From Rhodosorus marinus CCMP1338 (lineage: Eukaryota > Plantae > Rhodophyta): 64,000 nt of DNA. The notes under the pieces are model-generated. The model made no database searches and was not told the DNA's origin. It worked only from the letters and a program-made list of their open reading frames with translations. Position numbers and translations under genes: made by a program. The number at the start of each line of letters is the position of its first letter. The first letter of the stretch is position 1. The stretch spans positions 2,480,001 to 2,544,000 of the forward strand of contig JAMWBK010000004.1 of assembly GCA_029953675.1 (NCBI GenBank), given 5' to 3'. Of this stretch, positions 11,601 through 21,636 are shown piece after piece.

Positions 11601-13870
11601 TTAGAGCGAGGCTTTCGAACTTTGGAGAGCAGCTTCCCTCAACCTCACGAAGGTTTTGTCTGATGGCTGAACTCCCTTACTCTTCATCTCCTCAAGCATA
11701 TCAAGACCGCCCTTCAAATCTCCGGATTTCACATATGCCTCTATGAGGGAAGTGTAAGCCTGTGGCGTTGCTTTGATTTTGCGTACCACGGTCATCTCCT
11801 TGAACATCTCTCTCGCTTCCATGGCCTCCCTGCAAGATTGGCAGAAAAGCGCAGGCCGTGATTCAGTGAACAATCTCGGCCAATTTTTGGTCCTCAACTC
11901 TCGACGGCGAGGAACTGTCTTGGGATCTTACCCGCGCAAAGCAGAGTTTCGAATAAACATGCCGTAGGTAATGCTGTTGGGCTTGAGGTGCACACGTTGC
12001 CCTCTCCCCAACTTCTCAAGCACGTGAAGTGCATCTTTTCGTTTTCCGCAAATCAGGTAGGCAAATATCAGTTCGTTATAGCAGTATAAGTCTGGCCGAG
12101 CTATTGCCGCAAAAACCTTCTCTGCTCTGTCGACCTCTTTCATCATCCCCAAGGCTCGGATCAGGATTGAGGTTGATGAGTTACCCTTCGGGATACCCGC
12201 CACGATCATCTCGTCAAAAAGTTGAACCGCATCTTGGGGGCGACGGGTCTTTATCGCGCTTGTCATGACAATCGTGAAACACCTCTCATCCAATTCAATC
12301 GACGGTTTCATTTCCTGCATTTCCTTGAGAAGGGAGAGGGCTTTCGCAAACTGGGTGGCCTGCAAGCAGGGCAAGGCAGCGGTACTTTAAGTTCAAGGTG
12401 CGAGTCTCCGCAAGTAGAAGGTAGGTTGACCTACCCTTGCATAAGCATTGAGCATTGCCGTCAAGGTCTTAACCGTCGGTTTGTATCCCCGAAAGATCAT
12501 TTCCTTCAAGGTACGTTCCGCATCTTCAACTCGGTTGACTTTGGAATAGTTCGATATCAAGCACTTGAAATAAGCCTCATCTGGATAGACTTTCCGCTCC
12601 CTCATCCGCTCCACAAGCCCAGCTGCATCCGAAAAACGACTCTTCTCCAGTAGTTGCACCAGCACTGGCGCGAAGGAGTCATATTCAAGGTTTTCCTCCT
12701 GCTTCATCTATAAACAGGACGGGTTTCAGCGGAGAGCCTCTTCCGTAAGCTTCGATCGAAAAGTTGAAAATTGCTTACCAGCAACTGCAGCAGGTCATAG
12801 GCTTGGTCAACATCTCCACTCTTCGAAAGCGAGGCAATAACGCTGTTAAACGCGATAATATCCGGAGAGATCCCCTCCGAGATCATATTTCTGAAGTGAC
12901 TCAATGCCAGGTCTCCTTCTTGCGCTTTGATGCATGCTTTCAATACAAGTGAGTACTCGACAAGACGCGCCTCATATCCTTCTGATTTCATTTCGTCCAA
13001 CGTTCTCGAAGCCCTCGCTACATCCCCGTTCTACATTTGAACAGCATGAAGATTCACTGAGAAGAGAAACTTGGACAAGACTCAGAGCGCGCTTTCCTAC
13101 CTCTGCATAGCAACTCAAGAGCGCTGCGAACGTGCTCCGATTCCCTGAAATTTTGTGCTTCTTCATTTCTTCGTGAAGTTGCCATGCGCGTATACGCGTA
13201 TCTCCCTTCCTAGAAATCGAAATCAGCGCGTTGAACTCATCTACAGCCGCTTTTCCGCTTTTCAACCGAGCTTTGAGCATTCCCATAGCCCTTTCAAAGA
13301 GTCCAGCCTATGGTCAAGCGCAGAAACAACTTATCGATGAGCATGGAATGAGACCACCACACAGAGACTAGCAACTGGCTCACTTGTTCTAAGATCTTGT
13401 ATCCCTCTGCGTAAAGCCAAGGCTCTGGATCTGAGCCCGTAGAGTTAATCTCCTGGAGAACAGAAATAGCAGCCAGTGGTTTGCGTCTGTTTCGATATGC
13501 TATCATCAGCTCAAAGAGCATAGCTGGAGTCGCTCTCGCAGTTCCTCGACAACCCATTCTCATCAGTCCACGAACGCCCCGGACATCTCCTGCTTTCGCA
13601 CGAATTCGCATGGCTTGGAGTAGGTCATCCATGGTTTCCGACCGACAAAAAAAAGCGCTCAACTCATAGACGCATCGTATCGAGAGAATTGCAGTTCACA
13701 AAAAACTCTGCAGACCCCTTACATTGAGAACGTAATCTCCTCCAAAAACCCTTCAAAAACTCTGCCCTCACATTACCAGAGCCGGGCTGGCCAACCAACC
13801 AAACGATGCCCGTCCCGACAACCACCCTTCCCCCGCGGGGAAAACAACAAGCAAAAGCCCTAACCAAGCA
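11601..13870 (-). CDS. Pentatricopeptide-repeat (PPR) protein, multi-exon; 5' end uncertain
   Basis: Many 35-aa helical repeats across minus-strand exons, e.g. YTSLIEAYVKSGDLKGGLDMLEEMKSKGVQPS, FNSVIASLSKSGDVDQAYDLL, YNELIFAYLICGKRKDALHVL, LTAMLNAYARVG. Confidence 0.9.
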
Positions 13871-14426
13871 AAACAGCTTCTACGCGGACCCTAACAACTT
13901 TTCAATCCATCCATCACACTCCAAAACAGTTCCTTGGACCACAGCAAAACCCTCGACTAGCTACTCCTTAAAAAGAACGGGCAAAACCCCGGGCCCTCCC
14001 CTCCCAACAACAACGTAATCAAAAACACAAACCAAAACAACAAACCACCCGTGAATCCCCCCTCCAGCAATACAGAGATTATTCCTCTAAATAACAGCAA
14101 AACAAATAAAAAATTGCACGCAAAGGCACTAAATCCAGCCTTCTCCACTTCCTACACACACTCCATTCCACGACCCTATCCCCCACCCGCTTCCCTTCTC
14201 CCACCAACCATTTGTACCTCAACAAATACACAATAGAAAGAAAACACCTCCCCGAGCACACCATTGGCGTTTCTTCGGTTCTCCCCAAACCCTGAGTTTC
14301 ACATCGCGATAGGGGACCTCACTCATTTACGACCCAAATTTTTTTTGACTGATCAGACTATGTAATGATTGATGGTATGGATATTGATTGAATGGATTGA
14401 ATGGATAGCTTTTGCTCCCGATTTCT

Positions 14427-14453
14427 GGTGGTGGTGGTGGTGGTGGTGGTGGT
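14427..14453. repeat. (GGT)9 microsatellite
   Basis: Seen directly, upstream of the PPR gene. Confidence 0.9.
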
Positions 14454-16104
14454 GTGGTGGAGGTGATGTGCGTGAGTCATTGCGTTTTGTGGAGTGGTTT
14501 GGGTATGGCTCGACTATCGACTTTCTCCTCCTTTGAAAATGCTCCTCGATTTTTTTTCTTGCTTCCGAGCTCTTGCGTGTGTGAGAATTTTTTTTCTTCT
14601 GTATACGATGCTCTTTTGTCCCACTTTGGAATCAGGGTTAGGTTTTCGGGGGGTTTGGTGAAGAACCTCGACTTTCTCAGCGAGTTGGAGCGCTAGGATA
14701 TGCTGACTTTCGTTAGGCTCTCATAGCCATCGCACAGATCGACTGATCTGATCTCTCACGATGCAGGAAACATTTTGCAACTTGCCTAGGCGGTGCTGTG
14801 AACCCTCACGCACATGAAGAAGTGTACGGAAAGCGGATCTACTTTTGGGGAACCGCAGTATACGGTACTGGACTTCTCTCTTCACGAGTTGGCACAAGTA
14901 GCAAGCCGTTCGACGAATCTTGCGGAACGTGCCGACGAGTCGATAGCCGTGCGTTCCCGCCAAGATCTAGCACCCCTGCCAATGACCAGTCGGAGCACTA
15001 GCCCTGTGTTAGTAAACACGCGCGAAGGTCTCCCCCGAGCTCGTACATGTCTTAGTCCCACGCTGACCTGCACCGTCGTCGTTTCGAAACGCCACAATCC
15101 AGCAGGCCTACATGAATCTTGAAGCGGACCGGATGTACCCAACATCTTACAGGCATTCCAAGCCGGTCCCGGACTACCTCCACGCGTACACATACAGAGC
15201 TGTTGTCTACGTACAGAACGGAAGCTGGCCAGACCAATATTGATCCGAAATTCTTGCCTCCGATCAAAAACTGCACTTCGGAGTCACGATCTAATTCCGA
15301 TCACCGAACAAACAACGATTGGCCATACCAATCCCTAAGTCACTAAAACACTAAATAATTGGTCAAAATCAATCCTAACAACACCAAAAATCCCACTAGA
15401 TTTCAGCCATTATAAAATTATTGGATATTACCTCACTATATCAATTCTCTACCCAACTTAATTGGTTAACTGGTTATCAAACTATCCAAAACAGTTTTGT
15501 ACATAAAAAACAAAGGTGGGAATTCCCCCCAAATGTCCAAGGCCAAGACAAAAGGCCAATGTTGCCTTTTGTCCTCCGGGGGTAGGGGTCACGGGCGGAG
15601 AGATTGGGTTTTTAAATACTTTTTAAACTAAGATGAGTTAGTTTTACTACTTTTTAGTTTTTTGTAGAGATATTTTTTAGTTTTCCAAAACGCATGTGTA
15701 TATGCTCTATTTATAGGTTTTTCAGTTATTTTTAAGAGGATTTTCAAGAAATTTGGGGGGGTAAAGGAAACTCATGATGTGAAACTCGGGCTTGAAGAGG
15801 GTGGATTTGGGAGGAGAGTTGGGGTTTTGTACAAGAGGAGATCTTGAAGATAGTTCTTTTTCGGGGGGGAGAGGGGAGTGGGTGTTATATGGGAGGGAGA
15901 TGGGGAGGGTAGAGGAGGCGGTGAGGAAGCTGCGGGAGGGGGTTGGGTAGGAGGGGGAATGGAGGGGAGGGAGGTTAGCTAGGTAAACCGTGGAGGATTT
16001 GTCCGGTTTTTTAATTTGAGATGAGGTGAAAGGTGGGATTTGTGTGGGATTTGGGAGGTCTTTTGGGGTTTGGTGGTCTTCGAATTGGGGTGTGGTATTA
16101 GGGG

Positions 16105-19100
16105 ATGATGGAGCCTATTTCGGGATTTGTGATAACTGTTGGCAGCTCTTACAGCAAGGAGCCCAGGAGAGCTGACATTTCGAGGAGATGTCAGAAGGTG
16201 AAGGTTTGGCAATCGTCTGGAGACAAGAGGACTGACGCTTCTGTGAATGACGATGACTACTGGGCTGATCTGGCCAAGGATATTTATGGTGAGCTGCCTG
16301 AAGACTCGTCCAAGGCCGAGAAGAAGCCCAAGTTCGTCTACCCGGACAATGTCGACCCGAAATCGTTCTTCAACCCCTCCGACGAAATGTCGCAGGCGTT
16401 TGATCAGTGGACGAGTTCCTTGAAGAAGTACGCAGTCAGATATTGCCACAGGGCTTTCTTGGTTGCATTGAATTGTCTCACACTTGTAAATTTTCTCGTT
16501 GCTCAGGGATATGACTAAGCCGGAAGCTGACCTGGAGGCGAGAGATCCAAAGAAGGAAACGGAGTTTTGGCGAAAAAGCGCACAGAACTTGCTTTCAGAT
16601 GACGAACAGGAGGCAGCTGCAGATGAAACTGAGCTATCTTCTTCCGAGAAGATTGACCGTGGAAAGTCGAAGGAGGGGGGAGATACTGTGGCAAGCAGCA
16701 TCGTAAAACGCGAGCAGATGCCTATAGTTCAACAGTCGAAGGAAGGCGCGAGAAACTCTATCTTCAGCTTTTTGAGTAGCGCCGTCCGGAGTGGGTTTGA
16801 TCGGGCTCTCAACACTATTCTTTCTTCCCAGGACAATACCAAAAGAAAGGAGAGAAGGAAGGTAAGCTCCCTTTTGAGGTCAAGCTACTTGTTTATTGTT
16901 GGACAAAAAGACATTGATTTTCTGCATGTCCTTCACCAGTCGCAGGCAGAGGACACGGCAACCACTGAATCCGTCCAGGATGAAGAAGACGAGGACGTGG
17001 AGGAAGAATACGACGAAGATTTCGTTGAATATGAGGAAGAGGACGGAGAGGATGACGGCGAGTATGAATATGATGATGCCGACTATGAGTATGGCGAAGA
17101 GGACAATGAATATGACGAGGACAACGGAATTGTTAACGAGGACGACACAGATTTTGACGATGACTTTGAAGGCGACTATGATGAGGACCTTGAAGAAGAC
17201 GTTGAAGAAGACACCGCAGTTGCTGCCGAGAGAGTAGAGCTAGCAGGAGCTTCCCGAACTGTCTATCCTCCTGCGTCAGAAGCGGACCTCCCAGATGTTT
17301 CCATGTACAACGATTTGGTTGAGGAGATCTACGGGGATCCAAAGGATCAGAAATCAGCAGAGGAGTCTGATGCTCCCAAGTGGGTGTATCCTGATGACGT
17401 TGATCCCAAGCAGTTCTTCAACCAAAGTGACGAGGACAAAACTGCCTGGTACAGCTGGAACGAGTCCTTTACAGGGTGAGATACGAGCTACATTCCTTAC
17501 TAGACGAATAGAATTTTGGAATCTTTGTAGCTAAGAGTGCATTCCCTCGATTCCGCTCCCCCAAATTTTCTACTTGTGCAGAGACGCCGACTCCGGGGTC
17601 CAGGTCCCCGAGTCCAGAGATCCCGCAAAAGAAACGGATTTCTGGCGAGGTGCTGCGACAGAAATAGTGGACGAAGCTAGAAAAGCAGAACCGAGTCCGG
17701 TGTCCAAGGACGTACTAAAGCCTACGGGGTCCTACTCATACCTAGCCGAGGGCAAAGCCTCATTGTATGCTGATGTCACTGACGAACCAGACGAGATCAA
17801 GCCCGCGGACCTAGAAGACATGAATGCTGATGTGGCAAACGACGTCAACGACGTTGCGCGGCTTACGAAAGAGAAGGATGCTGCTCTAGTGGAACAAAGT
17901 GAAAGCCCAAGAGGCGGCGCGGAAGTAAAACCACCAGAAGAGGCTACCGGCTTGGATCTTGATGTCCCTACATTTGACGGTGGTTTTTCTGAACCGGCAG
18001 AAAAACCCAGGGGCGACACGGAAGCGGACCTTTTTCAGACAATTTCCCGGAGGTCAAAGCCGCAGGGGAAATCCGGTCCTGTATTTCAATACCCTGAAGG
18101 AGTAGATCGCAGCACTTTCTTTGATGACAATCCAGAAGAAAAGTCGGCCTGGAGTTCCTGGAATGAGGCCCTGATTCGGTACCATATGAGCTGTCCCTAG
18201 CACCCTTGGTCGGGTAGAGTTAACTCATGTCAAGTCTCCTTCGTCGTCGTTTGTCTCGGATAGGGAAGCTGAGGACTTTTCCGAGGAGGTAGAAATGAGG
18301 GACCCCGGGAAAGAGACAGATTTCTGGCGAGGAGCAGCACGGTCTATCACTGGTACCGAAGCTGGTCAGAAATCGGATCTTGCAGGTGCCACTTCTACGG
18401 GTGAAGCTAGTCAGGGACTGGAGCAAAGAGATCCGGCAAAAGAGACAGATTTTTGGCGCGGAGCTGCGCGAGACCTCATCGGAGGCAACGCAGCAGCAGA
18501 CGCAGGCTCTCAAATCACCTCAGACGTGTCTCAACCCGCTCAGAGTTTCGAGGATACTGAAGAGAAGTCCCCGGAACTTCGAGAAGCTGAAGCCGCTGAC
18601 GAAGATAACTCGGGTCCGAAATGGGTCTACCCGGAAGACGTGGACCCTGATGAATTTTTCATCGAAAGTGCAGAGGACAAGGCTGCATGGGGTTCTTGGA
18701 ACCAAGCGCTCATTAGGTATGTTGCGCGTTGTGTTCGGCTCATGTAGAAGCTCTTCTTGGTTTCTGAAATCTCTTCAATTACCTCCTATCGTTGTGATAG
18801 GGAAGCACAGGAAGCCAGTGGGGAAACCACATACCGAGATCCTGCTAAGGAAACGGACTTTTGGCGTGGAGCAGCCCAGGATATTGCCGAGGAAGTTTCC
18901 AGGGAAGGAGTCCCGGCAGAAGCAAATAGAGAACCGCCCACTGCACCTCTTCCAAATGACCCAACGAAAATCTGGCAGGCAGCAAGAGATGTTGCAGCTA
19001 AAACGCAGGCCTTGCAGTCTGATTTGCAAGATGAGGTCGTAAACTTCAACCCATACGAAGAGTCGGACACTTACAAGGATGCGGCAAAGGAGGTAATCGC

Positions 19101-21426
19101 TGGTTTGCAGCAGCAAGGAAAGGAACCGGCGGAAGATTTAGTGGCAGATTTGCAACAGAGGAAGGTTAGTGATATGCCGGAAAAGAATCTGTGCCCTGAA
19201 CAGCTACCGGAGTCTGATGAACGATTGACTGAATAGGAAGCGTACGATGCGTTGGCGTCGGAAGAAGACGCACTAACGGATGGGAGGGAGGTCTCGATCA
19301 ATGACTGGGACCCTGACAGAGATTGGCGAAGATTCGATGACATTGGAGCAGAACTTGAGCGCCAAAGGGAGGCATTGGAGAACAGATCTCAGTACCTCCA
19401 GGAAAAGGCAGAAGACGAGGCGGACTCTGATCCCCTTGAAACAGCTCCTGAGATGGAGCAGTTACGCTACGTGGACGAGACTGGACGGGTACGAAGTGGT
19501 GCTTACTCTGTTCGAGCCCGAGCGCGGCTACTTTCCGGAGTAGAAAAGATTACTAATCCGGATGAGGTCGTTTGGTGCATTTCAACAGGAACTGACTCCG
19601 GAGGAAGTACAGATGCTGGAAACAGGGGATACAGTATTTGTAGACGAACAAGGACATATTGTTGACAAGGACGGAAACATGATCGATACTACTAACTCGG
19701 ACATGGGCAGCACGGCTGCCCCTGACATGGCACAGCCTACAATAGAAGAGACCACAATAGAGTTTCCAACTCAGCAGTCTCCTATCGATGACGATACTCC
19801 CATCGAGTCAGCCATGAAACCTCCTGTTGTGCTTGGCAGTGCCCCAACCATGGGAAGGAAAAGATTTTCAAGTTCAACATACGGCGGAAGTCGTGGAGGA
19901 ATTGAGCAAGATATAAAAGCACTTGAAGCGCAAGGATTCTCTCTGAGGTAAGTGTGCGATTCTCTGCGAACTTGCGAATTGATGCTCCTTTGCTTTTGAA
20001 CGTACTCACTCGAAAGTCTGGCATCTTCTGCGCAGAGATCCGAAAGCGGACGCTGAGGCTTGGAGAGACGCTGCGAGGGAGGTTGGCTCGGCTGGGACTG
20101 AAACTGACGTAGTGCAGTCGCCAGGGCAGGGGGCTGTGGATGCTGAGGAGACCACTTCAGATACCGCTGAGGAGTCCACTGCAAGTACGGCGGAGAAGAC
20201 CACTGCCAGTGTCGCGAAGGAAACCACCGCAAGTGTTGCTCAGGAGACCACCGCAAGTGTATCTCAGGAAACCACTACAAGCGTCGCTCAGGAAGCCTCC
20301 GCAAGTGCTGCTCAGGAGACCACTGCAAGCGTCGCGCGGGAGACCACTGCAAGCATCGCTCCGGAGACCACCTCAGGAGTCCCTCAGGAATGGAAGCAAA
20401 TTGCGAAGGACCTTGGTACCTCTGCAAGCGACAGGGCTCCGGAGACCACTTCAGGAGTCCCTCAGGAGCGGAAGCAAATTGCAAAGGATCTTGGTACTGC
20501 TGAAACTGAAACTGAGGTATCACAAGCTCAAGAGAAAGCACTCGAGGACGAGGAGACTCCTGCGGGTCTCACTGACCCGTGGAGGGCAGCCGCAAGGGAG
20601 GTTGGCTACATTGTAAATGAAAATGAGCTACCGTCTCCCGAGGAGTCTGTGGAGCCCAATCAGCCTCTGTCAGCGGAGCCGCAGAGCAGTGCCGCAGAGC
20701 AGGCGCAAACCAAATCCCAGGATCCAGTTGATGAAGCAAGCGCTTGGAGCAGCTGGAGTACAGCGCAGAATGCGTGGCAGAGCAACCTTGAGAATCTTGA
20801 GCAGAGAGACCCTGAGAAGGTATCTAGATCGATCCGGACGGACGCCATACTGATTCGATACTGATTCGTGTTTTTGCGGATGTTGAATATTTTCGTTTCA
20901 GGAGGTGGACATGTGGCGCGGTACTGCACAAGAAGTAGCCGGTAGTTCTTCAAGTGAAAAGGGTGGCGACTGGGGGTCTGGATTGGGTGAAGCTCCAACC
21001 GAGCAAGCTTGGAGCAGCTGGAATACCTCGAATCCTCTCGGGGAACCGGAGACGTTTTCATGGTGGAAGAACAGAACCGACGGGGTTCCGCAAGGCCGTC
21101 GGGAAAATCCCTCTGCCTCCGCGGTAGGAAGTGGCGACCAGTTACGATTGAATTACTGCGCCTCCAAGGACTAATTGGCTCATGTTTGTTGCGCCACTTG
21201 TACGCAGGATCCCTCGTTTTGGAGCGGGATGGTGGACAGTGTGACACAACCAAGCCCGCCGCAGCCGAGCCCGCCGCAGCCGGAGGAGCAAAATAGCAGA
21301 GCCCGTGACTTGGGCGATTCGGTCAACATGTGGAAAGATTTTGCGAAGGATGTGAAGGAAGTGAAGCCAGAGGATGACGTCGTATCCCCGGATGGGCAAA
21401 CAGGTACTAATGGGGAGGAGAGATAG
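16105..21426 (+). CDS. Giant (~1,487 aa) acidic, low-complexity, plastid-targeted repeat protein of unknown function; 11 exons
   Basis: Introns placed at GT-AG sites 16428-16506, 16862-16939, 17476-17581, 18179-18263, 18717-18800, 19165-19236, 19489-19588, 19948-20035, 20820-20901 and 21124-21207 leave 4,464 nt, or 1,488 codons including the stop, in one frame. The N-terminus MMEPISGFVITVGSSYSKEPRRADISRRCQKVKV resembles a transit peptide. Repeated motifs are RDPxKETDFWRxxA and PKWVYPxxVDPxxFF..AWxSWN. The last exon boundary is less certain. Confidence 0.8.
20142..20498 (+). repeat. Coding tandem repeat: ten 24-bp units (AxETTASV octapeptide) followed by a 78-bp duplication
   Basis: Translation AEETTSDT AEESTAST AEKTTASV AKETTASV AQETTASV SQETTTSV AQEASASA AQETTASV ARETTASI APETTSGV, then PQEWKQIAKDLGT and a second APETTSGVPQERKQIAKDLGT. 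Confidence 0.92.
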
Positions 21427-21636
21427 GCTTGCTTAGGTTCGATTTGGGATTTGTTATCGGCTATTTGAAGTATGGTCGGAAACTCAACTATCCAAGGCAA
21501 TCTTGGCGTGAGAGTAAAAAAACTAATCCAAGCGTTGAGTTCCTTGTCAGTCAAAAATATCAAAACTCCTTTCCTTTGTGCTTTATCGGAGGTGCGGACT
21601 GCCGACCTTGTTTACGCTGCAAATTTTTTGGCGAAA

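Noticed and set aside
15979-16701. 240-aa minus-strand ORF
   Set aside because: It is antisense to the first exons of the giant repeat gene and has no family features.
20142-20498. CRISPR-like or other prokaryotic repeat array
   Set aside because: The units are contiguous in-frame coding repeats with no unique spacers, in a eukaryotic genome with no cas genes.
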